Positions 1 to 12,369 of a DNA stretch of 64,000 nt are shown here, piece after piece. The stretch is from Camelus ferus. Taxonomy: Eukaryota. The DNA is taken from the NCBI RefSeq assembly GCF_009834535.1, contig NC_045696.1:112718001-112782000 (forward strand), given 5' to 3'. Positions within the stretch are counted from its first letter, which is position 1; each line of letters opens with the position of its first letter. The position numbers and the translations under genes were made by a program. The notes below the pieces were generated by a model, which was given only the letters and a program-made list of their open reading frames with translations, did no database searches and was not told the origin of the DNA.

Positions 1-214
1 TATACTTTGGTATTTGCACTTCTCCTTCTCTGGAACTTTCTTTGCTCTGATACTCAAAAGATGTTCCTTTCCATCCTAGCTGAAAAAGCGCCCCGTCATT
101 TCTCTACCCTTTGACCTTACATTATTCATAGCTCTTATAAGGGCTTAAAATTATATTACACATGCATCAGTTTTAATATTTGTTTCCCATTCATTGTTCA
201 TATTTGTTTATTCT

Positions 215-347
215 TTCTCTCCTGGAATGTGAACTCCATGCAGGCAGGAACTTTCTCTGTCATGTTCACTGCTAGATTCCCAGTGCCTAGAAAGGCCCCA
301 GTATGTGCTCAAAAATATTTGCTAAACTCTGAGTGAATGAGTGAGTC
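215..347 (+). mobile_element. L2 LINE 3' end fragment
   Basis: gaatgtgaactccatgcaggcaggaac...cccagtgcctag...aaatatttg...gaatgagtgag resembles the L2 3' terminus. Confidence 0.75.
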
Positions 348-494
348 TTCCTGAAAATGTCAGTTAGGTAGTTGAGTTTATAAAAAGAGGATTGTAATTC
401 TCACATGTGCGGCAGTCAGTATTTCCCGTCTCATTAACTGGAAAAGTCTTTATGAAATGCATGATGTCTCATAGGGCTTTTATGAGAAACAGTC

Positions 495-690
495 TCCTCC
501 TGGCTTCACCACTTACAAGTTGTGGGAACTGCAATGAGTGATTTAACCTGTCTCTTATCTGAAGACTAGATTCCCTCATCTGTGAGATGGTCAGACGTGT
601 CATTGCTGTGGGAATTAATAAATTACGTGTAAAAAGCAAGCACAGTGTCTGGCATATGGTAAGTGCTAAATGAATACTTGTCAATGGAAT
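495..690 (+). mobile_element. MIR SINE
   Basis: ttccctcatctgtgagatgg core and gcacagtgtctggcatatggtaagtgct tail. Confidence 0.7.
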
Positions 691-1364
691 TATGATAATT
701 ATAAAGGAGAATAATAAACCTGCAGTCATTCCATTTATTTATTTTCTCATCCGTCGTCCATGTGCCAATGAGCGAGGATTGGGAGAAGCAGAAAAGAATG
801 AGGTTCAACCATGTTTTAGGAAGACCTGGAGCTGGTAGGGCAGAGAAAGAATGTTATATTGTCGCTTTTCTCCCTTCTACCATGAGAAACTTCCCTTGGA
901 TGCATATGTATAAAGCAGTCAACGAGATAAATTGCAAGAATAAATCATTAATTCATGTATTCCTTATTACATTGAAATTTTTTCTCATTTAATCTTCAAA
1001 CACCATTGAGGACTTAGCCCTGGGGAAACAGATAAAGATTTTGACCTCAAGAAATGGACAGGGTGAAGGTCACTAGGATGCTAACCCTGCCTGAGGACCC
1101 GATTTTGTGGGGCCTCCATTGTGTCATTAAGATGTCGGAGTCTTAAACTGCACATTTTCAATACAATCTTACCTGAAAAATCTTAATTCTCAGTTGCCCT
1201 TGAGAGATCTGATGTCCCAATAGCAATGGGCCCATATTTTCTTCTGATAACCAAACTCTAAAGCTGAGTAGTGATTGCTTCCTTTAAATTAACTCTTAAA
1301 ATGTTTAAAGTCTCTAGTTTGTCTCTATCCTCACAATGTTTTTCTATCCAGTTTCCAGTAGGCA

Positions 1365-1575
1365 AGTGTTAAAAATCTCCTACAATGATTGCAATTTTTT
1401 TTTTATTTTCTCCATATAACCATGTCAGTGTTGGTTTTATATATATTTAAGGCTCTGTTTTTAGGTTCATATACCTGACTGTAATACATTCTTGGTGAGT
1501 TGCTCTTTTTATTATGATTTAGTGTCCTTTTTTGTTCCTAGAAATTGTTTTGCTTAAAAATCTATTTTTGTCTGA
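1365..1575 (-). mobile_element. Old L1 fragment (ORF2 endonuclease region, antisense)
   Basis: gtgttaaaaatctccctacaatgattg...gctctgtttttaggttcatata...tctatttttgtctga resembles antisense L1M ORF2 5' region. Confidence 0.6.
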
Positions 1576-3958
1576 GTTTGTACTGCCACACTGGTGTTCC
1601 TTCCATTATTACTTGCCTGCTAGATTTCTCTTCCATTCTCTCATTCTCCTTACCCTCTCCCCTCCATTTTAGCCTTTACTTCTCCCTGATTAAGAGTTTC
1701 AAAAATCTCTTCACCTGCCCCCTCAGTCCCAAAGAACCAGGTCTTACCTCGGCCTCTGGGGTTCCCATGGAACAGGTTACCAGCAATTCTGAAGCCCCAG
1801 ATACACAGCTGTCAAATGGCATAACAAGACCCCAGGGGAAAGGGTAGGTCTGGGTCCCAGCTTTCCAAGTTACTTGTCTTGATTTGTACCTGGCTTTGGT
1901 TTCCTCTATGTTTGAATTTTCTCCTTAAAAAATATTATCTGGCATTACGATGCATAGAATTTGAAGGTGGTCGTGGCTATTTGTCAAGGCGTGAATCTAC
2001 AAAACAAACTCAACATCGAGAATATGAGATCAAAATCAGGACACGTAAATACAGACCGTTCCTAGAGGAACTGTGAGATCTAAGACCCTTCCTCAGCAAA
2101 ACCAGCGAGGCTAGGTTCCTAGCATGCAGATTCCTTGATCGGCCCCTTCTTCCATCCTTCATTGCTGGAGAGCGGGTACTGGATTGCAAATATCATTCCC
2201 AGGGTCACAATAAAATTCAAGGACAAATGTCTTTAAATATGTTGGATATTATCACGTTAGGGGCTGTCTAAGCACATGGCTTGATTATATGCTTAATCTC
2301 CACAGTGTGTCTCAGTTCATCTATATCATTAATATATTATTTTTTGATTAATAATGCAATGATATTAGAGAAAGAGAGAGATAGACAGAAAGCAGAGACT
2401 AAGGTAAAAAAAAAAAAAGAGCTGGTTGATAGGAAAAAATAATTACCAGGAAGTTGAAAAATGTGCTTGGAGTTTGAGAGCTTAAGTTTAAACAACACAA
2501 CCCTTCTACACACTGAAAATCAGCTGGTCCTGCTCTGTCCATGCAAATTTCCCTAATCTCCCCACTTCAATTTATTGTTCACTAATTAGATAGAAGTACT
2601 ATTCGGAAGAGAGAAATCGCCACCTAGTAATTACTTCATTGTAAAACGTAGTGCTCATCCAAACACTGACACATACTGTAAAAACCACAGCACAATAAAT
2701 AGAATGCTGTTTTCCAACAATAACCCGGCAGTGAATTCTGCTAGTGTATTTCTTCGTGAAACATGTTTATGTGATAGTCTTCCAATTTTATGGCGGAAGT
2801 TTATCACCATAAGGTGCATTTCATGACAGTCGAATAACTACATTCAGTTAGGCTTGTCACCATGTGCCTTCTGTATCAAGACACATGCTGATTGTATCAA
2901 ATACTGTTGACTGTCTTAGCGCCACAAATAGAAAAGATGATTACACTGCTCTGTGTAGATATGATGCAATATTATTCACATTGCAAGAAATTGAAGGTCA
3001 AAGTTGTCTAACAACATTAGAAAGATTGGGTATTGAAAGCTTCTTAATGCAGTGATGATTCACTAATGGGCCAATGACAGGTTTACCTTAGTGTGTGGAT
3101 GATTCTTTATGTAAACAGGGTGGATGGCGGTATATGGCCGTCAAATCACTGCATGTTGTTGGGTGGGGATGTGGGTTACTAATTCATCTTTTTTTCCAAA
3201 TAAATCAAAGCAATGCTTTAAGCGCCTCCTTTAGAAATGCATTTATTTGTCTCAAAGAATTGTACTAGAGGACAAGAAATCTAAAATTTTGCTTCTGTCT
3301 TGAACAGAAGCATTCTGTGATGACATTGGCGAATGAGTTTGCCCTACACCTTGGCGTTCACCTGCATTTCTGGTGTTAGCATAGGTACCATTGGCTTTTA
3401 CTCTCATCTGGTATATGCTGCAAAGCGTATCTTCACCAGGCTATACAATCAGATCAGTGTCTCTAAAATAGCAAGGATTATTAGCAAATTAATCAAAATT
3501 TGAAATTTAATTACCCATCATTGTCAAATAGCTGTAATGGTCTGATCCCAGCTCTGCAGCTGATACAAAGTATATGACCCTAGAAATTTAACTTCTCAAA
3601 ATATCATTTTGAGACTTGATATGCAGTAACCTGTGATCTTGTTTGGCTTTTATAGTTCTTTTATAATCATGTTGTGTGGCTCAAAAAAAAGAAAACGAAA
3701 AGAAAGATATTTACTAGGATGATTTTTACAATAGCCTATTTTCTCTACTATCCCTTTACATTCACGTACTCATTAACTAACATAAAGCATCATAACGTTG
3801 TGATTTCAGTAATTTACCAGATCAATGCTCCATTAATTTAGGAAACTGAACAGCTATCCAGATTGAATTCTACCACAGGTTAAATGCTCTTGGAATGTCT
3901 GTTGCTATAACAGGTACATCATGGGGACTTTATGGGTTTCCAAAGGATAAAAGTTTGG

Positions 3959-4230
3959 AGAAACAGAGTCACAGATAGAGAGAACAAATTAGTGGTTACC
4001 AGTGAGCAGAGGGATGGGGGAGGGGCAAAATAGAGGTAGGTGATTAAGAGGTACAGACTACTATGTATAAAATAAATAAGATAAAAGGATATACCATACA
4101 ACATAGAGAATACAGCCAATATTTTATAATAACTTTAAATGGAGTATAACTAAAAAAATATTGAATCAATATGTTCTACACTTGAAACTAATGTAATATT
4201 GTCAATCAACTATACTTCAAAAAAATAAAA
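3959..4230 (+). mobile_element. 5'-truncated L1 3' UTR (Laurasiatherian type)
   Basis: agaacaaattagtggttaccag...gaaactaatgtaatattgtcaatcaactatacttcaaaaaaataaaa with A-rich tail. Confidence 0.9.
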
Positions 4231-4632
4231 GTTAGTTTGGTGTAATCACCAACACACATGTGTTTACCATTAAATGCTTACCATTCTAGTACTTGAAATG
4301 GTATTTGCAATTCTCTAACCCACTGTCTTTTCTAGCATGACCACAAAGTACCCTGAGAAGATCTTGCTGGCAACAGTCGAAGGGGCAAAGTGAGAGGCAC
4401 CTTGGTCTTAAGTTAGACCAGGAAAGATGCTGGCTGAAGGCCCAACCGAATGATATGGAAGATAATATTCAGCAAGATGAGTCGCAAGGTGTAGGAAATT
4501 CGGTATTGTCTATTAGATGGAAATCGGAAAGAGTGTCTTCAAAGAGTTCAGAGAGAAATAACGAACTGTCCCAACAAGTGGGAGGTCCTGGGGAACCTGA
4601 GGGATGGAATTGCAGTCCCAGGCGCCTGACTG

Positions 4633-4646
4633 GTTGCCATGGCTAC
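4633..4646. promoter_or_regulatory. RFX X-box motif
   Basis: GTTGCCATGGCTAC, 13/14 match to the palindromic consensus GTTGCCATGGCAAC. Confidence 0.5.
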
Positions 4647-5479
4647 AGACTCTGTGGGTGTTCCAGGCCCTGGGCAAGGGGACGAAGAAAGCACAGGCAG
4701 AGATAAATGTATGTGTGACGATGGCCCTGTGGGTTGAATTGGACAGTGACGTGTGTTACCGCAGGGGACTGGAAACCACTTCTGTTCCACAGAGAGAAAA
4801 ATGGGTGAACGTAGAAGAAAGAGTGAGGTTAGGCTTCAGCAGGTAAGAACTACGTAGACTGAGCCCAAGGAATGGGTCACGGCCACAGTTCAAAATCAGG
4901 GCTCTGTCAGAGAATATTCTCTTTTCCCCCGTGTCTGATCGGGGTGCTCCTGGGGTGGCCTGTTTGGCTGGATGGAATCTGTCAGCTGAACATGTGTAAT
5001 GAATCAGGCAACTTATTTCAGTTGTTTTAACATCTTAACTATTTCAGCCATTTAGTAGTTTAAGACATCGTTGCCCATGTAACCACCATGCACTTGAGTG
5101 TGGGCTCCTAGGGGCTGCTGCCCATTGACACAGGCCTGACAATTTGACCCTCAGTGTTTTTATGAAAACCAAGAATCCATCATGTCTCAGACTGTGTCAG
5201 AAGCTCAGAGAGAACTGTTTCTGCCCTGCTCAGTGGCCCCAGTGAATTCAAAGGGGAAGTTGCTGCCCAAAGGGAGGAGCCATCAGGAAAATCAGAGAAT
5301 ACACCTTCCCTTCTTTAGTAGATCAGAACTTATTCTGTCCTTTATCATTGTAGCTTGTAATCAGCGGCAGCTGGATAACAGGCCTAAAGCACAAACTTGA
5401 GGGAAGAAATCTACTGTGCCCAACTAGAGTTCCTCTTCTTCCTGTACTGGTCCTTCCCTAAAGTCAATGCAATACGTTT

Positions 5480-5783
5480 CAGAGCTGGAGCAGAGAACAC
5501 TGTGACAGCACACTCCGGCCGGCCAGCTGGAGGAGGAACACCCAGAGCAGAGGGGAGTGGCCCTGGCTGTCTCAGCCTCTGCCACCTCTGATAGCTGACT
5601 CCCCTCCCTACACGTGAGAGAGCTCAGCCAAGATCAATAAAGCCAAAAGCCACCAGTACCTGCGGTGGGACCAGAGGAACAACCCAAATGACCTGCAGAT
5701 TTTCCGTCACTGCATATGGTTTGAGCCACTGACTTTTTGTCATTCGTTACTCACTATTACTGCAGCAATAAATAACTGATACA
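5480..5783 (+). mobile_element. MaLR LTR (MLT1-type) 3' part
   Basis: gctcagccaagatc...tttgagccactg...gcagcaataaataactgataca is a typical MLT1 terminus. Confidence 0.6.
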
Positions 5784-5920
5784 CTGTCTAATGCCACCAT
5801 TGTATTGTCAATCAGTGTTTTTATATAACTCTTGAATTGATTATTGGTACTTTATATAACAGGAGTGGCAATACCTTGTATTTATTGAAGGCTTTCCATG
5901 TGCCAGACACAGTACTTTTT

Positions 5921-6230
5921 ATTCATTCATTCATTCATTCATTCATTCAGTAAACGTATGTCTAACACTGCTGCATACATGTGAGGGATGTCGTCATGAA
6001 CAAAAGAGGCCCAGCCATTACAAAGTTTAGTCTAGTTGGGAAAAGCCCCACTCTGACTGGGAAAGATATGCATCTTACATATGTGTAAAAACTATGCTAA
6101 GGGCTATGAAGAAAAATTGTAGGGAGTTAGTAGAGCTTAGAAAGGGGATTTATCTAACCTGGATGGCAGGAAAGGAAGAATTCCTGAAAAAGCAACCTTT
6201 GAGGGGGCAGGGGGAAGAGTATTGCAGGCA
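5921..6230 (-). mobile_element. L2 3' end (antisense) with (ATTC)n tail
   Basis: (attc)n followed by L2-like antisense body. Confidence 0.6.
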
Positions 6231-6249
6231 GATAAATCACGCATGCAGT

Positions 6250-6385
6250 GGGGAGGGTATAACTCAGTGGTTAGAGTGAGTGCTTAGCATGCATGATGTC
6301 CTGGGTTCAATCCCCAATTCCTCCATGAAAAAATAAATAAATAAAACTAACTATCATCACCCCCCCCAAAAAAAAGAATTTTACG
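6250..6385 (+). mobile_element. Camelid tRNA-derived SINE (vic-1 type)
   Basis: ggggagggtataactcagtgg (A box), gggttcaatcccc (B box), (AAAT)n, C-run and A tail; 14-bp TSD at 6234-6247 and 6386-6399. Confidence 0.92.
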
Positions 6386-6564
6386 AAATCGTGCATGCAA
6401 AGGCCCTGGGGCTAGAGGGACCAGGGTTCATTCAGACCCCAGCACAATGGGTCTACATGGAGAGGTGTGGGCAGGAGGTGGCGGAAGCCTGGGTGAGGCA
6501 TCTTGGTGTTTATTCTGATACAATAGCATCCTCGAAGGGACTCCTCATTCAACACTCCTTGCCC

Positions 6565-6670
6565 TAGCAAGGAGGTAACTGTACTATGTCCATTTTTCAA
6601 ATAAGGAAACTGAGGCTTAGGACAGCTAAGGAACTTGGCCAAATTCATCATCGACGAGTCACACTCAGAG
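6565..6670 (-). mobile_element. MIR SINE
   Basis: ccatttttcaaataaggaaactgaggcttag...aacttggccaa is the antisense MIR core. Confidence 0.75.
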
Positions 6671-7699
6671 CCAGCACTAAGCTGTTCATCTCCTTTCCGG
6701 AAGCTTTTGCTACCATCTCGAGGGCAAGCTGTATGTCAGACTCGGTGGCTTCTACCCGCTCTGGTCCTTAACAGAGGCCAGATAAGGCAGATCGGGCCAA
6801 TCAGACAAAACTCCCAGGCACAGGCCTGAGAGTTGGGCAGGCATGGGTTCAAAGGATGACCTTATCCCCGGATACCTGTGAGCAAATCATTGAAGGTTCC
6901 TAAACCTCTGTGATTTCATTTTATCAAGTTTAAAAAGGGGTAATGATGTCTCTTTTCAGGCAGGGGCATGGGGACATGTAACTAAAGGACTTAGGCAAGA
7001 GTGGATATTCCATAAATGCTGGCTCTTATGATTACCAGACATTCGGTAATGAATGTGGTTCTAAGGTTTACTCATGACCATTATCCTCCAAAAGCAATCA
7101 GCCTTATGACAGTCATAAGTCCAAAAATGACACTGACATTGAACTTCACTGAGTATTAAATGGCTCAATTAGGAAGAAGCCTTGCTAATTTCCCAATCCA
7201 CATCCAAATCTGCAAAAGGCCTCAGGTCTGGTGCCTCTGGTCTTAACAGTTTGCACATGTGTCCCAATCTGTCTGACCTCTTCAACTTCCTCTGATGGGG
7301 ACAGTGGCCAGGGGGCCTCTTCAAAGCTCTCCTCCCAGGAGAAGCTTCAGTCTCAAGGTGACTCCAGGAAAATGCAAGCCTCTGGCCTTCTTCTCTCAGC
7401 TTCTCCATTTCTCTACACGTCTTCCTTCCTAACCCTGTCTCCCTGGCGCGGGTTGAAAAGCCTAAGTTTACCTGCCTTGTGATGACATTGAGAAAAGCAG
7501 ATAGTAGGAGACAGAAATCACCCAAGGAGTGTTCACTAACTGATACATAGATTGAAAACCCCACATCAAGTGGCTGAGATCAATATAACAGCCTCCGTCT
7601 GGCACCTAATGCAGGGCTCGGTCCACAGGGGGCTCCCTGAGCATTTGAGTGCAGAGTGAACGCTACCTTTGGGTGTCTACGTCATATAACCAGGGAGGG

Positions 7700-7870
7700 C
7701 AGCCTCTGAATTCAGACAGATGCTGCCCTTCTGCTTATGAGCTGTGTGACCTTGGGCCAGTTACTAAACCCCTCTGAGCCTAGTTTCTCTGTAAAATGGG
7801 CTTTTGTGGGGCACATGAGATCATATATGAAACATTCTTAGGAGAAGGTCTGGCACTCCATAGGGGCTCT
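7700..7870 (+). mobile_element. MIR SINE
   Basis: gctgtgtgaccttgggccagttactaaacccctctgagcctagtttctctgtaaaatggg. Confidence 0.85.
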
Positions 7871-8179
7871 ACACACACTGCAGGTGCTGTGACTGTGACT
7901 ATTCTCCAGGCCCCCAGCAGTCAGTGTATTTATTTACTCAGGTAGGTGAATACAGCATAAAAAGTTATCGATTAATATTAAGAAGGGCTTCCTTCCCTCA
8001 TCCCCCTGACACCCCTTCCCAGCATTGCTTCATGGTTCCTCTTCTTAATCCATTACTGGCCCTTGAAGACCCATAAATCCCTTCCTATGTCTTCCGAGAG
8101 TGGATCAAGAAAGAAAGAAAAACAGAACTTCAGCTCTCTATAATAAAATTCATAGTATGCCAAAAATATTAGAGAGGAG

Positions 8180-8222
8180 CTATGAAATTGCTATTTTTGT
8201 AGGTCAATATTTGACTGTTTCA
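8180..8222. mobile_element. MADE2-like mariner MITE fragment
   Basis: tatgaaattgctatttttgtaggtcaa resembles the MADE2 arm; short match only. Confidence 0.45.
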
Positions 8223-9046
8223 GAGCTAATAAAATCATCCAAAGAAGCCCCGTGGCTAACCAGACCAGGGCAGTCAGGGTAAGTCAGTAAATGCTTATTT
8301 TTTAATTGCTTGTTTGTTTGAATATTCCTCTTTCATAAATTCCTTTTGTATTAGCCACGAACTCTACAGCCTGGATTTCCCTAACACCCACTTCTTTCCA
8401 CAAGACCAGCCTCCAACCAGATCGCCTAGCTTTCATGTTTCCCCTCTGTCATCACAGTCCCTTCTGAGAATCAGAGCCCAGGGGGAATGAGCCCTCAGCA
8501 AGCAAGCCCCTTCCTCCAAACACAAACCATCCCTGGCGGATGTCACCCACTCTGTGTCCCTGGAAGTCCACACCCACAGTCTTGCCTGGCTTGGATGATT
8601 CCTTCTGGGGATCCACAAGCCAATCAGATTCCTTCTCCATCACAACCTGGTGTGTCGAGTAATTCTCAAAGCCTCAACCTGGACTCCAGGGACCGACTCC
8701 ACCATTTTTCATCATGGGGACCCTCAGTCAGTGAAAAGTCCCAGGAAGCCTCAGGTCCCCACCTGGAAAGCTGGAATGGTGAGTGACGTCTGCTGCACTC
8801 CAACTTCACAGAGCTGGCCTGAGGCTCAGATCCCGTCTGACGTGCAAAACATTTTGAAAAACTGTCAGCTGCCCTTTAAGTTTATTATTACTCATATCTG
8901 GACAAGTAAATAAGATACTAGGAAAACCTGTGCCTTCACTTAAATTAGCTTTGAAACCTAGTTTATTTGGAGCAGGCCAATTTAAAAGTCCTGAACGTGT
9001 GAAGCACGTGAGCCCTGGGACAGAACTAGAAGGCAAGGGAACATAC

Positions 9047-9805
9047 TTTTTTTATTGAAGTATAGTCGATTTACAATGTTGTGTTAATTTCTGGTGTACA
9101 GCATAGTTAATCAGCTATACATATATATCTTTCTTTTCCTATTCTTTTTCATTATAGGCTATTAGAAGATATTTAATATAGTTCCCTGCACTATACAGTA
9201 GGAACTTGTTGCTTATATGTTTATGTATAGTAGTATCTGTAAATCCCGAACTCCCAATTTACCCCTCTACCAACCCCTCCTCCCCCTGGCAACTGTAAGT
9301 TTGTTTTCTATGTCTGTCTGTGAGTCTGTTTCTGGTTTGTAAATAAGTTCATTTGTGTCATTTTTAAAAATTCTACATATAAGTGCTATCATATGACATT
9401 TGTCTTTGTCTGACTTACTTCACTTAGTATGATCATCTCCAGGTTCATCCATGTTGCTGCAAATGGTATAATTTTATTATTTTTTATGGCTTAGTAGTAT
9501 TCCATTGTATATATAGACCACAACTTCTTTATCCAGTCATCTGTCAATGGACATTTAGGTTGTTTCTATGTCTTAGCTATTGTAAATAGTGCATTATGAA
9601 CATTGGGGTGCATGTATACTTTCAAATTAGAGTTCTCTCTGGATATATGCCTGGGAGTGGGATTGCTGTATCATATGAAAGGTCTATTTTTAGTTTTTTA
9701 AGGATCTCCATGCTGTTTTCCATAATGGCTGCACCAAACTATATTTCTGCCAACAGTGTAGGAGGGTTCCTTATTCTCCACAGCCTCTCCAGCATTTACT
9801 GTTTG
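9047..9805 (-). mobile_element. 5'-truncated L1 (artiodactyl/camelid type), ORF2 end plus 3' UTR
   Basis: poly-T then tattgaagtatagtcgatttacaatgttg...catccatgttgctgcaaatgg...ctctccagcattta. Confidence 0.93.
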
Positions 9806-10014
9806 GAATTGACTACTTTTAAATTAGAGCAATATTTCTATTTCTGCAATGAGTCATTCCCTCCAAGTCAGGAAGAATAGCATTGATTTATTTTCTTAGT
9901 GAATTCAACCAAGCAGCTTAAAATGTAATCTGATAATGTAGTTATGTTGATCAGGGAATTCTTGGGTTAAAAAAAACACACACACAGACACTCAGAGAGT
10001 ATATTTCTATGATA

Positions 10015-10140
10015 TTCACTGATTTACTCACTCATTCACTTATTCAACAAACACTTACTGGGTATCTGCTGTGAGACAGGCATGTGCTGTAGATGCTAAG
10101 GATATAGCTGTAAATAAACAGCCAAAACATGAGCCCTGCA
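10015..10140 (-). mobile_element. L2 3' end (antisense)
   Basis: cactcattcacttattcaacaaacacttactggg. Confidence 0.7.
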
Positions 10141-10914
10141 TTAATTCAAACCATAAATGATTGGGAGGACAATGACTTCAGTGTGAGATGAACTTCGAGC
10201 TAACCCTGTCAGTCTCAAATGCTCTGTGAGGAACCACCGAATTTTGCATCTTTCTGCACTTCTCCAAATAGGATGAATGTGGGATAAAGGACAAAGGAGA
10301 CAGGTCAGAAGCCTTGTGTTCCACGCCTACCCTTGATATGAGTTCATGGTGGGGCTGATTGGTCCCCTCCCTTCTCTGAGCCTCGGTTTCCTCATCCTTG
10401 AAATGAAAGGATTTTCCAGCTCAAACGCGTAAGAGTCTGATTCTGTGGCTGTTTAATTCAGTAGCTAGTGATCTGTGGGGCAGAATCAGATGACTGTATA
10501 TTCTTTGTTGTTCTCGTTCTGCTTTTTATTTGAATTTATTGGCACGTGTAAACATTGAGGGACTTCACTAGACAATCTGGATGTCCAACTTCCCTTGATG
10601 GAGAACAAGATGTGGACACCCAGGGACACATCTCATGGCAACAATGGATCCAGCTGCAGCTGTCACCCTCTTCGGTTGTCACCCGGGATCTCGGGTTTGC
10701 GCCATTTCCCCACTGCTTTCTGCTGCCTCCCGAGACAATTGCTGAGGGTCTGTCTTCCTTACTCCCAGCACTCTTCACTCACTTGTTACCTGCCAGGCCC
10801 AGGTGTCAGTGCTTCCTATGCAGCACTTCAGACTGACGGATCTCCAAAAGGAGAATTCTAGAATCACAAGCAAAATGTCTTCCTGAGGACCTTGAGCTGA
10901 TTAGAAACAAAATG

Positions 10915-11195
10915 AACTGTTTCTCGCTCTGTTGTACATTGGAATCACCTGGGAGAACTCTTAAAAAGCACCAATTTCCTGGACCCTATGCCCAGAGAGA
11001 GTACTGGTACAAGGTGGGGTTCATATGGCATCCTGGTATCAGCATTTTTTTTTAATAGAGATACTGGGGATGGAACCCAGGACCTCATGCATGCTAAGCA
11101 TGTGCTCTACCACTGAGCTGTGTACCCACCCCTTCAGTGGTATTTTTCAAGAGCTCCCCAGGAGGTTCTATTGTGCAGCTGTAAGCATGGCTACT
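10915..11195. mobile_element. MER5-type hAT-Charlie DNA transposon, interrupted by a SINE
   Basis: cattggaatcacctgggag...gagctccccaggaggttctattgtgcagc on both sides of the SINE. Confidence 0.7.
11045..11132 (-). mobile_element. Camelid vic-1-type SINE (short)
   Basis: tactggggatggaacccaggacctcatgcatgctaagcatgtgctctaccactgagct is the antisense tRNA-like head. Confidence 0.9.
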
Positions 11196-11280
11196 GCTTC
11201 CCGTTAATCAAAGTGGTGTCATAATGTTGCCGTCATTGGCTCCGGGAGAAGTCTCTACCTTCAGGATGACTCAGAGTACT

Positions 11281-11445
11281 AGACTTATGGTGGAGGACTG
11301 AGTGTGTGACCTGCACAGGACACAGGGGCCCTTTGCTTGGTTTATCGCTCTGTTGTTACCATCTTGAAATTCTTAATAATTTTGAGCAAGGGGGCCTGCA
11401 TTTTCATTCTGTTCTGAGCCCCACAAATCCTGGAGCCTGTTCTGC
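11281..11445 (+). mobile_element. MER53-like hAT element
   Basis: gtgtgacctg...catcttgaaattcttaataattttgagcaagggggcctgcattttcatt. Confidence 0.75.
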
Positions 11446-11803
11446 TAGCTGCTGCTTGGGGCTGGATTCCCCCCGCAAAGGCCTTACCTCTTGGCCTCCT
11501 AGGTGGAATGTGGCACTGGCTTTTCTTAGTATTCTGAAGAAGGAATGCTGGCCCTGGAGGGTGAGCTATCTCCTCCCTCTTCCCTGTGGTCCTGCGTGGC
11601 CCATAAAATACAAACATCCATTCCCTGGGAAGAACTCTCCCACCGACTCACTCATTCCTGCCCAGAGAGGAACAGTGGCTCAGCTGGCCGGTGATGTTAG
11701 AGAAGCGTCCGCAGGGCACCTGACAGGCCCCGTGCAGACCTTCACACGCGCGGCATCCCGGACCCGCTTAGTGCCGCGGGTTCTCCGCTTTTCCTGCTCC
11801 AGA

Positions 11804-11818
11804 CCAGACGGGGGCGCT
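11804..11818 (+). promoter_or_regulatory. CTCF-like motif in a CpG-rich patch
   Basis: CCAGACGGGGGCGCT versus consensus-like CCAGCAGGGGGCGCT (2 mismatches); many CpGs at 11688-11830. Confidence 0.35.
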
Positions 11819-11844
11819 GGTGGCCGACGCCAATTCTGCTGCAA

Positions 11845-12020
11845 GAGCTGTGTGGCCCTGGGCAGCCTACTCAACCTATCTGTGCCTAAGTGTTCTCACC
11901 CCTAAAAGAGGATCAGAGCAGTAGTTACCGCAAAGCCTTGCTGTGAGAATTAAGTGAGTTTCTAATCTCTATCGAGGGTTTGGAACACATACGAAGTGCT
12001 CAGTGGGAGATACTATTACT
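11845..12020 (+). mobile_element. MIR SINE
   Basis: agctgtgtggccctgggcagcctactcaacctatctgtgcct...gctgtgagaattaagtgag. Confidence 0.75.
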
Positions 12021-12369
12021 TGGGGGAGGGGCCGTCAGGGAAGGGAGGGGGAGGAAGCCCTTTTGAGCCTCAGGTACAAGCCAGGTTTTCCATCCAAGGT
12101 TGCCAGCAATTAGGTTGACCTTTGGATTCCCCGGCCCCTGCATCTATGGTTCAGAATCTGTAAGAGGACAGGATATGATTAACAGTCAGTCCCCTTACAT
12201 CACAACACAGGCCACTCACTTGTAAAGCTTCATTTTTCCTCTTCTCTAATCCCATTCTCGCTGTGCACATGGATTATCACCAATCCTGAGAAGCTCCCTT
12301 CCTCCTAGAAATGCCATCCATGAGCCTGGCATCCTAGAGTCAGAAACACTTTTAGAAATGGAAGGGAGC

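Noticed and set aside
1879..2076. 65-aa ORF with locally retained CpGs
   Set aside because: Non-ATG start, no splice context and no recognisable homology.
6250..6325. tRNA gene (also at 11060-11132, 22875-22950 and 22995-23071)
   Set aside because: A and B boxes are present, but with SINE tails, TSDs on most copies and divergence among copies; these are tRNA-derived SINE heads.
11306..11905. Longest ORF in the track (199 aa)
   Set aside because: It starts in MER53, ends in a MIR, has a non-ATG start and resembles no protein I know.
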